Made by a program: the position numbers and the translations under genes. The notes under the pieces were generated by a model. That model was not told where the DNA came from, did no database searches, and was given only the letters and a program-made list of their open reading frames with translations. A stretch of 64,000 bases of DNA from Patescibacteria group bacterium (GTDB taxonomy: Bacteria; Patescibacteriota; Patescibacteriia; Magasanikbacterales; GWA2-37-8), in the NCBI GenBank assembly GCA_041661385.1, contig JBAZUP010000001.1, positions 354,560 through 418,559 of the forward strand, read 5' to 3'. Positions 1 to 11,174 of this stretch are shown in pieces; positions within the stretch are counted from its first letter, which is position 1; each line of letters opens with the position of its first letter.

Positions 1-1722
1 GCGGCCGCGTAATTGATTATCAATACGCCTGGATTCATGACGCTCCGTACCAAGCACAAAAAGTCCACCGGCCGCGCGCGCCTTTTCTGCCGATTCTTTA
101 TCTGGCGGGTTGCCACCCATAATAATATCGACACCGCGGCCCGCCATATTGGTAGCAAGTGTTACCGCTCCCGGCCGGCCGGCCTGCGCGATAATTTCAC
201 CTTCTCGTTCGTGGTTTTTAGCATTTAAAATTTCATGTTTAATTCCTTCACGCTCCAAATACAAACTTAACTCCTCATTTTTAACAACCGAAACCGTACC
301 AATCAAAACTGGCTGTCCTTTTTGCTGCAGCTCGCGCACTTCTTTAACAATCGCGTTATATTTTGCTTCTTCGGTTTTATAGATCCGATCAGGCCGATCA
401 AAGCGCTTATTATCGCGATTGGTCGGAACAACCACAACTTCTAATTTATATATCTTTCCAAATTCCTCTGCTTCGGTAACAGCGGTACCGGTCATACCGG
501 ACATTTTTTTATACATGCGGAAATAGTTTTGGAAAGTAACCGTCGCCATGGTCTGGCTTTCGCGTTGAATTTCTACTTTTTCTTTGGCTTCAATCGCCTG
601 GTGAAGACCTTCGCTATAGCGGCGGCCAATCATCTTGCGACCGGTAAATTCATCAACGATTATTACCTCGCCATTATCAACAACATAATCTCGATCTCTT
701 TTAAAAAGCGCTTTGGCGCGCAAAGCCTGCTCCATGTGGTGCGCCATTGCCATTCCGCCTTCAGCATAAATATTATCAATGCCAAGCAATTTTTCCATTT
801 TTTTAATTCCCCCTTCAGTAAGAGTAGAGGCGCGCATTTTTTCATCCACAATAAAATCATCTTTTTCAATAAGCTGTTCCACCAGCTCGGCAAATTTATA
901 ATAAGTATCATTTGCCTGTTCAGCCGGAGCCGAAATAATAAGCGGGGTGCGCGCTTCATCAATCAAAATTGAATCGACTTCATCGATTACCGCATAGTTA
1001 AGGCCGCGCTGGGACATCTGATCAAGACTTTGAACCATGTTGTCGCGCAAATAATCAAAACCATATTCGTTGTTGGTGCCGTAAACAATATCGCACTCAT
1101 AAGCTTCACCGCGACTGCATTCCTCTAGGTGCTCATATTCAACTAAATATTTCAATCTAGCTTCTTCTGCCTCATCAATTTCTTTAGTTTCTTCGGTCTT
1201 TTGTTCCGGCGCGAGCCCCTTATCTTTAACATAACGATAAGAAACGAGCATGTTTTGAATAATACCGACACTTAAACCAAGATAATTATAAATTTGTCCC
1301 ATCCAAACCGCGTCACGTTTTGCTAGGTAATCATTTACCGTAACCACATGCACGCCTTTTCCAGTAATCGCATTCAAATAAACCGGCAGCGTTGCGACCA
1401 AGGTTTTACCTTCACCCGTTCGCATTTCAGCAATTTTTCCGCGATGCAAAACGACCCCACCAATAAGTTGGACATCAAAATGACGCATGCCGGTAAGACG
1501 GCGTGACGCTTCCCTAACTACAGCAAAAGCTTCCGGCAAGATATCTTCCAGAGTTTCACCCGCTTTGAACCGATCTTTAAAAGCCTGGGTTTTGGCTTTG
1601 AGCTGTTCCTCTGTTAAGGAAAGTAATTTTGGTTCAAAAGAATTTATTTGTTCAACAATCGGCCCAATTTCCGCAACTGCCTTAGCATTCGGATCACCGA
1701 AAATTTTCGTTATAAGACTCAT
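1..1722 (-). CDS. secA: Preprotein translocase subunit SecA (5' part; gene runs off the window start)
   Basis: Not in the ORF track. Manual minus-strand translation from ATG at 1722 gives [12 protein letters not shown]..., [42 protein letters not shown], and [17 protein letters not shown] at the window edge. Confidence 0.97.
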   Translation of the reverse strand, partial: MSLITKIFGDPNAKAVAEIGPIVEQINSFEPKLLSLTEEQLKAKTQAFKDRFKAGETLEDILPEAFAVVREASRRLTGMRHFDVQLIGGVVLHRGKIAEMRTGEGKTLVATLPVYLNAITGKGVHVVTVNDYLAKRDAVWMGQIYNYLGLSVGIIQNMLVSYRYVKDKGLAPEQKTEETKEIDEAEEARLKYLVEYEHLEECSRGEAYECDIVYGTNNEYGFDYLRDNMVQSLDQMSQRGLNYAVIDEVDSILIDEARTPLIISAPAEQANDTYYKFAELVEQLIEKDDFIVDEKMRASTLTEGGIKKMEKLLGIDNIYAEGGMAMAHHMEQALRAKALFKRDRDYVVDNGEVIIVDEFTGRKMIGRRYSEGLHQAIEAKEKVEIQRESQTMATVTFQNYFRMYKKMSGMTGTAVTEAEEFGKIYKLEVVVVPTNRDNKRFDRPDRIYKTEEAKYNAIVKEVRELQQKGQPVLIGTVSVVKNEELSLYLEREGIKHEILNAKNHEREGEIIAQAGRPGAVTLATNMAGRGVDIIMGGNPPDKESAEKARAAGGLFVLGTERHESRRIDNQLRGR

Positions 1723-1800
1723 AAAAAAAGAAAAACAAAGCTTTTTTAGCTTCGCTATCATAGCACTATTTGTTGTTAATTACAAGGGATTGTGTTGTGA

Positions 1801-1823
1801 GACCGGCCGTGTTCTGGCCGGTC
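1801..1823. terminator. GC-rich hairpin between the response regulator gene and secA
   Basis: gaccggcc-N7-ggccggtc inverted repeat; no clear U-tract. Confidence 0.35.
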
Positions 1824-1857
1824 CCGAGACCCCTAGAAAAACTGAACTATCTTCAAG

Positions 1858-2265
1858 TCAACAATGTTGTGCGTTTCGGTAAGTTTCAATTAGCTTCAGA
1901 AAATCTAGCGGCCAAAGAGGTTTTAGGATTGCAAGATTGCAACCGGCTTTCCTCAGCTTTTCAATGGAAGTTTCGCTTCCAGAAAAAGCCACTAGGGCAC
2001 CTTTATAATTTGCTTCCCCCCTTAACCAAAGAACAAATTCAACGCCTTCCGCTTTATCAGTTTCGAGGCGCTGATCTGCCATGACGACTTGAATAAAAGC
2101 TTGATACTTATTAAAAAGCTTTTTCGCTTCTTCAACAGTCACGGCCACAAGACCGATCACACTTTCACCAAACTCCATTAGTATAAAATCACGCAAAGCT
2201 TCAGCGGTAGGAACATCATCTTCGAGAAATAGAACGACGGTGGTGTGCCTAGCTGAGCTGGTCAT
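1858..2265 (-). CDS. Stand-alone response regulator receiver-domain protein
   Basis: LFLEDD acidic pocket, phospho-acceptor Asp in VMADQRL, and LKP motif; 135 aa with no output domain. Confidence 0.8.
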   Translation of the reverse strand: MTSSARHTTVVLFLEDDVPTAEALRDFILMEFGESVIGLVAVTVEEAKKLFNKYQAFIQVVMADQRLETDKAEGVEFVLWLRGEANYKGALVAFSGSETSIEKLRKAGCNLAILKPLWPLDFLKLIETYRNAQHC

Positions 2266-2361
2266 GGTTTATCTCCTGGGTTTAGTAGAAAGAGTGGATT
2301 AATCCATTTATCTAAGGTAACACCCTATTTTAGTTGTGGCAAGGACGGTTTTAGACAAATA

Positions 2362-2396
2362 AAAAAACCCAATCATTTTAGCCGATTGGGTTTTTA
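2362..2396 (-). terminator. Intrinsic terminator (bidirectional type)
   Basis: aaaaaacccaatc...gattgggtttttt inverted repeat with A and T tails. Confidence 0.65.
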
Positions 2397-2407
2397 GTTT
2401 AATTTTT

Positions 2408-2896
2408 TTATAATTTTATCATTCTCACTTCTAATTGATTGTCTTTGTTATAGAATCCGGTAAAAGTACCCTCCTGTTTAGCTTTCAAAGCTGAGATCCC
2501 AACTTCATTTTCGCCAAGCGTAATCTTGGTTTCTGGCAGAGAAAGAACAACTTGTTCAGTTGCACCATTATTCAAAATGGTTATTTTATTGCTTTCAACA
2601 GATAAAATTTCTCCATAAACCGAGACTGGCCTTTGCTCTGCTTTAGATTTATATATTAAACGTGGCAAGATTCTGTATCCTCCGACGGCTTTTTCTACAT
2701 AGTAACCGGCTTTAGCAAAACGGATTGCATCTTTTCGTTCTCGCAATGCTCTCGCGGTTTCAATTCCGACGCTAAATGTAAATACGAAACCAAGCACTAC
2801 CAGGACCCCAAAAAAGGTCCGTAAAGTTTGATGGCGATATTTACTAAACCACCCACAACATTTGTGGCCCCCCACGTGATTATTTTTATTTCGCAT
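2408..2896 (-). CDS. Hypothetical membrane-anchored protein with a beta-rich C-terminal domain
   Basis: One TM segment, then VYGEILSVESNKITI...ETKIT...ISALK, resembling OB-like DUF5666-type repeats. Confidence 0.6.
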   Translation of the reverse strand: MRNKNNHVGGHKCCGWFSKYRHQTLRTFFGVLVVLGFVFTFSVGIETARALRERKDAIRFAKAGYYVEKAVGGYRILPRLIYKSKAEQRPVSVYGEILSVESNKITILNNGATEQVVLSLPETKITLGENEVGISALKAKQEGTFTGFYNKDNQLEVRMIKL

Positions 2897-3025
2897 ATTT
2901 AATTAAACTTAATAAACCTGGAGATATTATACACGAAAAAGACCCCAGTCGCAATTTTATCCACAAATTCAAAAAACCTAAAAAAGACCCTTGCGCCCCT
3001 CATAAAGATACATTACAATAAACCT

Positions 3026-3310
3026 ATGACTATACATGGAAAAATTAAAATTGCCGCAATCATCACAGCCATTCTTGCTATTTTTGGCGCGGTAGTTATT
3101 CTCAGTGGATTAAAATACATCCAAAGTCCTTTTTTTGAATCAATTTATATTTACTGTAAATTTATTTTTTTTATAATTTACGATTTCGCTTATTATATAT
3201 TGCAAAAAATCTGGAAACTTTTCTTTACCAGTTGGGTCACAGTTTGGGCCTTACTCGGAGTTTTTCTTATCATTATCTTGCGCTGGCTTTTCAACTATCA
3301 CTCCGAATAA
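3026..3310 (+). CDS. Hypothetical small membrane protein
   Basis: 94-aa hydrophobic ORF with an upstream TTGCGC/TACAAT-like promoter and a downstream hairpin. Confidence 0.55.
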   Translation: MTIHGKIKIAAIITAILAIFGAVVILSGLKYIQSPFFESIYIYCKFIFFIIYDFAYYILQKIWKLFFTSWVTVWALLGVFLIIILRWLFNYHSE

Positions 3311-3322
3311 AAAAATTAAATT

Positions 3323-3353
3323 AAAAAACCCTCCATTTCATCGGAGGGTTTTT
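3323..3353. terminator. Bidirectional intrinsic terminator
   Basis: aaaaaccctcc-N8-ggagggttttt between convergent genes. Confidence 0.7.
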
Positions 3354-3364
3354 ATTTTGGAAAT

Positions 3365-4966
3365 TTAAGGGCTAACTCTAACCTTAACATTCGCGCAAGT
3401 GCCGTTGCCGGCGCAAACCGCTACCACTGCGTCACCTACATACTGTCCGTACAAAGTAACTTTATTATCAGCAGTTCCTACTTGAACCACATCAGAGTCG
3501 CTAAAGGCGGCAAGCCCTTTCGCGATTGAAGAAGTTAAGATGGTGGTCTGGTGTAAACCTAGGGCAATATTTGTTTCGCTAACCTGAATTGGTACTTTAT
3601 TAATTTCCGGGTTTTCATTTACAGTTACTGCCACGGTTCCGCATTTTAAAGTCGGTGTCGTCGGACAAACAGAAATCGTTGCCGTACCAACCGCAATACC
3701 CTGCAAACTTAAGCCGGTATCAATAATTTGTGCCGAAACAACATTCGCATCAGAATTATTAATTAAATAATACGCAGTCTGGTTGAGGTAAGGCAAAGTA
3801 ACTTTCAAGGTCTTGCTAGTATAAATAGTATACGATCCAAAAGTGCCGGGACTGAGTTTCTTTTTTGGCGGGTTTTCGACATTCACGCGAATTGGTACGC
3901 AGCCATTATTTTTACTGCATACATAAATTATAGCTGTACCCGGATAAGTCGAAGCAGTAATTAATACCAAATTTCCTTTTACTTTGGCGCTCGCTGACCA
4001 AGAATTTCCAGAAGCAGTTATATTTAAACCGTATTTAGTGCCAATCCAAATACTTTCACCGGTTTTCAAATCAACTTTACTTTGTGAAACTTGAAAATTT
4101 CCGGTTTTAGGATCAAGCACTCTTACATAAACAGAACCGCAAGAACCGCCCTCGTCGCAAATACCAACTGTCGCTTCACCGATATATGAAGCATACAAAG
4201 TAATTCGATTGCCGTTTACCGCCGTGCGCACTGCATCAGTATTGCTTATCGCCGTTAACGGCCTAGATGATTCTGCAGTTATATCAATGGTTTCTTTATT
4301 TAACAAAGTAGCGCTCACCTGGCTAAGCTTTAATATTTTTGATTCAACGATATTATCAGAACCGTTAACCGGAACAGTTTTTGCAATCGGTGATTCTAAA
4401 ACTTTTACAAATATCGGCAAACAGCCGCGGTTCGTACTACAAACCGTAACTGTCGCACTCCCGGCATACTCTCCGGTAATATAAACTCGCGCCCCATCAA
4501 CATAAACATTCACTGCGCCGGAATTTGTAAGCGCGGTAACATTTTTTCCATTATAAGTAGTAACGTAATAAGTCTGTTCAGTTTTAATGGTGATTTTAGA
4601 TTTGCTTAATTTAAAACTAAGATCTTTATTTTTTTGAACTTTAACATTTATTGATTGGCAGCCCAAATCATCATTACACACCCTAACCACCGCATTACCA
4701 ATTCTATTTCCATATAGCGTTACTTGGTTGCCGCCATACACTGAGGCGCGCACTGCTTTTGAGTTACTGGTAACTTTAAGGCTTCCCGCACTAAAAGAAA
4801 CCACCGTAATGCTTTGCTTTAAACCAAGCACTGCGCTAGTTTGAGTAATGCCGAGGGCGCTTTCTTCGGCCGAGGCAAAACTAGACGATATCAACATTAA
4901 AGCCAAAGCGGCGATAAAAACGCTTATTTTGGTCAAAATATGTCGATTTTTAGTGGCTTTTTCCAT
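3365..4966 (-). CDS. Secreted protein with six tandem Ig-like repeats, each carrying a Cys pair
   Basis: Signal peptide (SSSFASA); six ~80-aa repeats ending in V.VC-x4-7-C..I.V.V. Confidence 0.75.
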   Translation of the reverse strand: MEKATKNRHILTKISVFIAALALMLISSSFASAEESALGITQTSAVLGLKQSITVVSFSAGSLKVTSNSKAVRASVYGGNQVTLYGNRIGNAVVRVCNDDLGCQSINVKVQKNKDLSFKLSKSKITIKTEQTYYVTTYNGKNVTALTNSGAVNVYVDGARVYITGEYAGSATVTVCSTNRGCLPIFVKVLESPIAKTVPVNGSDNIVESKILKLSQVSATLLNKETIDITAESSRPLTAISNTDAVRTAVNGNRITLYASYIGEATVGICDEGGSCGSVYVRVLDPKTGNFQVSQSKVDLKTGESIWIGTKYGLNITASGNSWSASAKVKGNLVLITASTYPGTAIIYVCSKNNGCVPIRVNVENPPKKKLSPGTFGSYTIYTSKTLKVTLPYLNQTAYYLINNSDANVVSAQIIDTGLSLQGIAVGTATISVCPTTPTLKCGTVAVTVNENPEINKVPIQVSETNIALGLHQTTILTSSIAKGLAAFSDSDVVQVGTADNKVTLYGQYVGDAVVAVCAGNGTCANVKVRVSP

Positions 4967-5048
4967 ATAGTTATTATACTAAAACTTCACATTCAAAACA
5001 GTACATTGTAGCATAAAAATCGTGTTTTGTCAAGATAGCTTTGGAATT

Positions 5049-5076
5049 AAAAAACGGCCTTTAATGACCGTTTTTT
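5049..5076 (-). terminator. Intrinsic terminator after copA
   Basis: aaaaaacgg...ccgtttttt inverted repeat. Confidence 0.6.
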
Positions 5077-5102
5077 AGTTTATATTAATTGTAATTGAAC
5101 TC

Positions 5103-8024
5103 TTAATTCATTTGACTTAAACGTGCAAACAAAAAGAAAGTAAAAGTGAATAAAATAACCATCACGATTGGAGCTGCTGTCGACAACCAATTACGCTTCC
5201 CAGGTTTAAAACCTTTGAGAAATAACGAATTGGTAACAACAGAGATAGAGCTGAGCGCCATTGCAAGACCGGCAAGTTCCGGTTTCAACACAATTCCGAG
5301 TGACATAAATACCCGTGCGGCAATCGGAATACCAATGACATTATAAAACAAAGCAAAGAACATATTCTGTTTTATTTTGCTCATGGTTTCCCGGCTGAGA
5401 TTTATCGCCGTAAGAACATCGCGCAAATCATTTTTGATTATCACAATTCCACCGGTTTCCATTGCTACATCTGTGCCCGAACCCATCGCAATACCAAGGT
5501 CAGCCTGCGCGAGAGCAGGGGCATCATTAATACCATCCCCCACCATCGCCACTTTTATACCGGTACTTTGCAGCTTTTTTACTTCATTCGCTTTGTCTTC
5601 TGGCAATACTTCGGCAAGGACATTTTTTATTCCGGCAAGTTTAGCGATTGCTTCAGCAGTTCGACGATTATCACCCGTAATCATATACACCTCAATACCG
5701 CGCTTCTGCAACGCTTGCACCGCCTCAAGGGTTGTTTCTTTGATTGTATCAGCGACAGCCACTAGACCAAGCACTTCCTGTTCTGAAGCGAGAATCATCA
5801 CAGTTTTTCCACCCTCTTCAAGTTTTCTGATCTTCTTTTCAACTTTTTCTACCAACGAAACACTAAGCCCGACAATATCGGTGATAAGTTTGCGGTTTCC
5901 CATGAAGTATTTCTTATTTTCAATCAAACCTTCTACACCATGTCCCGGAATTGCTTTGAAATTTATCACTTCAAATATATCAACTGATTCCTCCTCGGCA
6001 TGTTTGACAATCGCCTCGGCAAGCGGGTGTTCGGAAAGTTTTTCAAGACTAGCAGAAATTTTAATTATTTCGGCTTCATCAGCTAACCCCAGACTTATTA
6101 CATCCGTGACTTCAGGTTTTCCCTTGGTAAGTGTGCCGGTTTTATCAAAGACAATCGCTTTGATTTTACAGGCGGCTTCGAGAGGTTCCCCACCTTTAAT
6201 AAGCACACCATGTTCCGCACCTTTTCCGGTACCAACCATAATAGCGGTCGGTGTGGCGAGTCCAAGCGCACACGGACAGGCAATGACAATGACCGAAGTA
6301 AATGCCATGAGAGCAAATGTTAAGGTTGCGCCAAGTGCAAAGTACCAAACCAAAAACGTAACTAAAGCGAGCCCGATAACAATTGGTACGAAATATGCAG
6401 AAATTTTATCGGCAACCGCCTGAATGGGAGCTTTTGATCCTTGCGCCTCTTCTACCACGCGGATAATTTGCGCGAGCGTTGTTTCACTCCCCACTCTCGT
6501 CGCTGTGAACTCAAAACTACCGTGTTTATTTATTGTTGCACCGATTACTTTGGCGCCAACATTTTTTTCTACTGGAATACTTTCGCCGGTAATCATCGAT
6601 TCATCAACTGCCGATTGGCCTTTGGTTACCGTGCCATCAACGGGAATTTTTTCTCCCGGCCGTACAACCACCGTGTCACCGCTAACCACCTCTCCAATGG
6701 CAATATCAATGGTTGAACCGTTACGCACAACGCGCGCAGTTTTCGGCTGAAGTCCGACCAATTTTTTAATTGCTTCCGAAGTTTGTCCTTTTGTTTTCGC
6801 TTCTAACCACTTTCCCATGATAACAAAAGTAATCAGAAAAGCCGCTGTCTCAAAATACAGCTCTGGAACTTTTGCTCCATTTATACCGATAACTGTACCG
6901 GTCTTTAAAATATAAATTGCGAACTGCCACAAACTATACAAGAATGCCGTACTAGTACCGATTGCAATTAGGCTGTCCATGTTAAATGTTTTCATCCGCA
7001 AACTACTCCACATTCCCTTATAAAATCCGGCTCCGATTATAAACTGAACCGGTATTGTTAATACAAGAGAAATTATTCCGATATACGGCAAGAGAATGGC
7101 GCGGCCCGGTAAAAAGGAAAAGAAGTCGAGAAACATGAAATACATCATCGGCACACTTAGGGCAAAACTCCACCAGAATCTATTTGCATAACCCTTCATT
7201 TCCGCGAGTCGCTCTTTTCGTTCCGCTTCTGGATTTGCTGAGTCAGCAACTCGTGCTTTGTAGCCAGTTTTTTTTACGACTTCTATTAACTGCTCAACCG
7301 TAGCCAGGGCTGGATCATAAATTATCCGACCTTTTTCCGCCGAATAATTTACATTAGCGGTTTTTACCCCGTTAACTTTTTTTAGCCCACGCTCAATAAG
7401 TAACGCGCAAGAGGCGCAGTGCATGCCGGAAAGCGCAAGTTGCACAGATTTATCTCCACCGACATCATTTTTTTGTACTGTCCCAGTTGTAGCGACAGCC
7501 AATTTTTCGGCCGGCGCGACTGTCTGATCTACTGAAGCACCAGAAAAAATACTAAACAGCTGGCTAATTTTACTTGAATTAATTAGTTCATCAACAGCGG
7601 TGTTCAGATCTTTTCTGTTTTTCGGAATTTCAAACTCACCGTGCCGCAAGTGGTTAATCTTTCCCTTAAACGACGGTTTGCCGTCGACAGTAGAAAAATC
7701 ACCATCCGCAGTTACCGATGATTGAAGTTTGATTTTTAACGAGTCGGAATTTTCCACAATTTTCTTTTCGAACTGATCATAAACCACCGGCATATCATGA
7801 TCCATTTTTCTCGAAGTAATCTGTCCGCTATAGCCGGCGTTTTTTATCGCCGTTAAAATTGATTCATCACTTACCCCCGAATCAACTTCAAATTCGCCAA
7901 CACCGGTATCGGCAACAATTTTAATATTGCCAGCGCCAGGAAGATCGGCTAACTCTGATCCGATTATTTTTTCGCAAGATTCACAATGCATTCCTTCAAT
8001 TTTTAGTAATACTTTTTCATTCAT
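5103..8024 (-). CDS. copA: Copper-translocating P1B-type ATPase
   Basis: Two HMA domains (GMHCESC, GMHCASC), TGES, CPC, DKTGTLT, EHP and GDGINDAP, plus YN and MxxSS motifs typical of Cu(I) P1B-1 pumps. Confidence 0.95.
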   Translation of the reverse strand: MNEKVLLKIEGMHCESCEKIIGSELADLPGAGNIKIVADTGVGEFEVDSGVSDESILTAIKNAGYSGQITSRKMDHDMPVVYDQFEKKIVENSDSLKIKLQSSVTADGDFSTVDGKPSFKGKINHLRHGEFEIPKNRKDLNTAVDELINSSKISQLFSIFSGASVDQTVAPAEKLAVATTGTVQKNDVGGDKSVQLALSGMHCASCALLIERGLKKVNGVKTANVNYSAEKGRIIYDPALATVEQLIEVVKKTGYKARVADSANPEAERKERLAEMKGYANRFWWSFALSVPMMYFMFLDFFSFLPGRAILLPYIGIISLVLTIPVQFIIGAGFYKGMWSSLRMKTFNMDSLIAIGTSTAFLYSLWQFAIYILKTGTVIGINGAKVPELYFETAAFLITFVIMGKWLEAKTKGQTSEAIKKLVGLQPKTARVVRNGSTIDIAIGEVVSGDTVVVRPGEKIPVDGTVTKGQSAVDESMITGESIPVEKNVGAKVIGATINKHGSFEFTATRVGSETTLAQIIRVVEEAQGSKAPIQAVADKISAYFVPIVIGLALVTFLVWYFALGATLTFALMAFTSVIVIACPCALGLATPTAIMVGTGKGAEHGVLIKGGEPLEAACKIKAIVFDKTGTLTKGKPEVTDVISLGLADEAEIIKISASLEKLSEHPLAEAIVKHAEEESVDIFEVINFKAIPGHGVEGLIENKKYFMGNRKLITDIVGLSVSLVEKVEKKIRKLEEGGKTVMILASEQEVLGLVAVADTIKETTLEAVQALQKRGIEVYMITGDNRRTAEAIAKLAGIKNVLAEVLPEDKANEVKKLQSTGIKVAMVGDGINDAPALAQADLGIAMGSGTDVAMETGGIVIIKNDLRDVLTAINLSRETMSKIKQNMFFALFYNVIGIPIAARVFMSLGIVLKPELAGLAMALSSISVVTNSLFLKGFKPGKRNWLSTAAPIVMVILFTFTFFLFARLSQMN

Positions 8025-8025
8025 A

Positions 8026-8256
8026 TTAATTTAATTTAGAGGCTTCCTTTCCAACGGAATGAAGTGCGGAAGATATTTGTTCCCAACTAATTTCCTGATC
8101 CACTTCAAGCTCAGTCAAACCGCTTGCCGGATCGATATTTATTTTCTGAACTCCGTGAATTTTTTGAAGAACTTTAGTGGAAAGCTTAACACAAGCATCA
8201 CAAGTTATATTTGTGATTCTAAAAGTTTGAGTAGTCATATAATTAATCAACGACAT
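8026..8256 (-). CDS. Heavy-metal-associated (CopZ-like) chaperone
   Basis: ITCDAC metal-binding motif; ~70 aa; directly upstream of copA. Confidence 0.85.
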   Translation of the reverse strand: MSLINYMTTQTFRITNITCDACVKLSTKVLQKIHGVQKINIDPASGLTELEVDQEISWEQISSALHSVGKEASKLN

Positions 8257-9997
8257 TAATCACCCCTCGCGGTACGCCCATGGCGCAAGTTATCTCAAAC
8301 TTTCCGGTCCGAGTTGGAGTGAATGCCATTTGAATTGTCCGTCCGGCTTGCAGCCTTACCGCTTGGTCGTACAAACCCGGCACCATTATGGTACTCATGC
8401 AACCCTGCCCGTCTTCTTGAACATCCACCACGAACTTCACCGGTTGATTTACTTTAACCGTGAAATTACTTGGTACGATATCCTTATTAAGAGTATACGA
8501 AGTATTAATAACTTGCTCACCGCCTTGAGTTGCTGTTTCAGCAGTTGGTGCCGCATCAAAATTTTGGGTTTGCGCGCGAGCCCTCATCATTCCACAACCG
8601 CCGCCAAACGACGGTTGCTCTGCTGGTTGTTGATAATTATTACTTGCAACCTGATTTTGACCAGTGTATCCGCTTTCTTCAACAACAATAAATTTCCCGT
8701 TATACATACCCATTGAACAGGAAAATGGAATTTCACCAACTTCGGCAGGAGTAAACCTGATAATATTTTCACCCGAGGACAAAGACTGGTAAATACCAAA
8801 TTTCGGCATTACGATTGTTGACGCGCAAGAAAAAACCGAAGTAGCATTAATTACCCACTTTACCGGTTTTCCTTTTTGAACGGTAAAAACATTTGGAGAA
8901 TATCCCCGTCCACTTTCGGTCATGTTTACAACCTGTTCACCTCCCACTTCGGTCACGGCATTATTTACATTCTTCGAACTTGTTCCGAACAATCGCATAC
9001 CATTCGCAATATTTGTCCAGCCGAGAAGAATTACTGCAAGACCAGCTGTGATATAAGCGAGCTTGGCTTTTTTACCTTTGAATATGGATGTAAGACCGCC
9101 AATACCAAGCAGCCCAGGCGCGGTACCAATTGCGAAAAGGCCCATTATCATCATTCCTTTCGAAAAACTGCCGCTACTAACCGCATAAAGCTGCATCGCC
9201 TGAGTAAAACCACATGGCACAAAGAAAGTTAACGCTCCAGCGACCATTGCTCCCTTATGACTATACTCTTTTACATTCGAACTAATACCGAAGAATTTGG
9301 CAACCGATGTCGGCAAAGTAATATTTTTATCTCGAAGAATCGGAAATATTTCTATTAACTTTAATCCAAAGAACAACATGACCGCGCCAATAACAACCGT
9401 CATGAAACCAAGAAAGTTTGACGAGGGTCGCACCGCTGATCCAATCATTCCAATAAGGCCGCCGAGGAGCGCATAACCGCCAATACGGCCAAGATTGAAA
9501 AATAAATGCGGACGGAATTTTTCATACGCGGTTGATTCTGGATGAAGTTCCGCGTGGCGCGCCGAAAGACTAAGTATTAAACCGCCAACTAGCGCCATGC
9601 AGGTTGATACTCCAGCGACCAGCCCTACAAGTAATGCAACCGCAATTCCACCGCTCGCCGGATCAGCAATATTTAAACTTGTTAAATTAAACCACTTCGC
9701 AAGCAAATAGATTACGAACAAAACCAGAGCGGCTTTAATCAGATTCTTATAATCAGCCGGATTGCTCGAAATCATTTTTGCCGGTCCGTTTATGCCAATT
9801 TTATATCCGGCATCGCCAACGGCTTTTTCCAGCAGTTCTTTCTTGGGCTCTGTTCCTTCAAAAGTAATTTTTGCTTCGCCGGTTTTGTGACTAATATCCA
9901 CTTTTTTAACTCCAGCAATTTTTTTCAGTTCATCTCCTATTAATATTTCACAGGATGCGCAGTGCATTCCTTGAATTGGTATTTTTATATTTGACAT
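8243..9997 (-). CDS. HMA + DsbD_2/TauE-SafE-like membrane domain + two cupredoxin-like domains
   Basis: N-terminal GMHCASC; TM region with STCMALVGG and VPCGFTQ; two C-terminal cupredoxin motifs (FSCSMGM, ITCAMGV). Confidence 0.88.
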   Translation of the reverse strand: MSNIKIPIQGMHCASCEILIGDELKKIAGVKKVDISHKTGEAKITFEGTEPKKELLEKAVGDAGYKIGINGPAKMISSNPADYKNLIKAALVLFVIYLLAKWFNLTSLNIADPASGGIAVALLVGLVAGVSTCMALVGGLILSLSARHAELHPESTAYEKFRPHLFFNLGRIGGYALLGGLIGMIGSAVRPSSNFLGFMTVVIGAVMLFFGLKLIEIFPILRDKNITLPTSVAKFFGISSNVKEYSHKGAMVAGALTFFVPCGFTQAMQLYAVSSGSFSKGMMIMGLFAIGTAPGLLGIGGLTSIFKGKKAKLAYITAGLAVILLGWTNIANGMRLFGTSSKNVNNAVTEVGGEQVVNMTESGRGYSPNVFTVQKGKPVKWVINATSVFSCASTIVMPKFGIYQSLSSGENIIRFTPAEVGEIPFSCSMGMYNGKFIVVEESGYTGQNQVASNNYQQPAEQPSFGGGCGMMRARAQTQNFDAAPTAETATQGGEQVINTSYTLNKDIVPSNFTVKVNQPVKFVVDVQEDGQGCMSTIMVPGLYDQAVRLQAGRTIQMAFTPTRTGKFEITCAMGVPRGVINVVD

Positions 9998-10056
9998 ATT
10001 TATATTAAATAAAAAAACTTAATCCTAAATTCCCATTAAAAAAATGGAAACTAAAA

Positions 10057-10485
10057 TTAAGCGTTTGATACCGGGCGACTTACAGTCGTAAGCCAGAAGA
10101 AAGTTGTTTTTAAAAATTTTATTCGTATCTCATTTAAATATACCGAATATAAGTATCGCCAGCGAACTTTTATTTTTAAAGCTGAAAATATTTCTTTAAC
10201 TAATCTGGATTGAACAACGAAAGCGAGAACAAACGCCAAAACTATTAAAGAAAATAAAGATTCCGGCATTGAAACAAGAAAGCTGCCCAAGAAACCAAGC
10301 TTGCCGCTCATACAATCACCCATTTGATTTTGACTCGTTACTGACAAAGACTGTTCATGAGAACAACCTGCCGAACCAGCCTCGGCCATTTTGGGCATAC
10401 TCATTGGGCAAATTAAGCCCAAAAACATGACCGTGGTCACGGTAAATACGGTAAATATTGAGATTTTTTTCTTAAGGTTGTTCAT
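10057..10485 (-). CDS. Hypothetical membrane protein with Cys/Met/His residues, upstream of the copper operon
   Basis: Signal/TM segment, CPMSMPKM...CSH...DCM, second TM. Confidence 0.55.
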   Translation of the reverse strand: MNNLKKKISIFTVFTVTTVMFLGLICPMSMPKMAEAGSAGCSHEQSLSVTSQNQMGDCMSGKLGFLGSFLVSMPESLFSLIVLAFVLAFVVQSRLVKEIFSALKIKVRWRYLYSVYLNEIRIKFLKTTFFWLTTVSRPVSNA

Positions 10486-10550
10486 GCTTATTATCTTAAC
10501 ACGGGTTTTTTTATTTGACCAGAGCCTAAAAAATTATTTATTTTAAAGCC

Positions 10551-11102
10551 TTAATTTTCTTTTGGACAAAGATCGAGCGCGGCAACCTGTCTTTCTTCGC
10601 ATTTTGCATTCGCGGCCACGCATTTATCAGTCTTACTATAAGACGGACAACCGGAGGAAATGGATTTACAATATGCATTGGCGTTTTTAATCGCTGTAAA
10701 ACAGGCGGCCGAAGGATTGGCAGAACTTACCGAAACCGCGGCCGGAACAACACTCGCCACTGGTTTAACTTCTGGCTCAACCTCTGGTTTAGCTGCGACT
10801 TTGATACTAGGTTTAACAACTGCGACTGTCTTAGTAGTTTTTTTTAAGTACAAACCACTTGACCATTCTTTTATACCAACACGATACCAGCCATTTTTTT
10901 GTTCATATACTTTAACCACTGTTCCGCTTTTCAGTCTTTTAACTGTTGCATAATTTTTACCCGGACCACTGCGAACGATTAAAACATTCGTCGCAACCTG
11001 CGCATTAAAAACTGAACTGGCAGCATATGCATTTAATGAAAACACTGGACTAAAAGCTAATATAACCGCTGAAATTGAAAAAAAGATTTTTTTAATACGC
11101 AT
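10551..11102 (-). CDS. Secreted SH3b-domain protein with a Cys-rich tail
   Basis: Signal peptide; LIVRSGPGKNY...GTVVKVYEQKNGWYRV; Ala/Pro/Val linker; six Cys in the C-terminal part. Confidence 0.8.
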   Translation of the reverse strand: MRIKKIFFSISAVILAFSPVFSLNAYAASSVFNAQVATNVLIVRSGPGKNYATVKRLKSGTVVKVYEQKNGWYRVGIKEWSSGLYLKKTTKTVAVVKPSIKVAAKPEVEPEVKPVASVVPAAVSVSSANPSAACFTAIKNANAYCKSISSGCPSYSKTDKCVAANAKCEERQVAALDLCPKEN

Positions 11103-11174
11103 AATATTAATTTTATTGTATTTATTTTAGCCTACTAAGCCCCCTTGGTCAAATATCCATGTTTTCCAATGCAT

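Noticed and set aside
1-8. NotI site GCGGCCGC at the window start suggesting a cloning junction
   Set aside because: It encodes the conserved RGR of the SecA DNQLRGR motif in frame.
13-1882. Plus-strand ORFs of 71-147 aa
   Set aside because: They are antisense shadows of secA, which the ORF track missed because it is truncated.
5377-6750. 348-aa and 108-aa plus-strand ORFs
   Set aside because: Antisense shadows of copA with no motifs.
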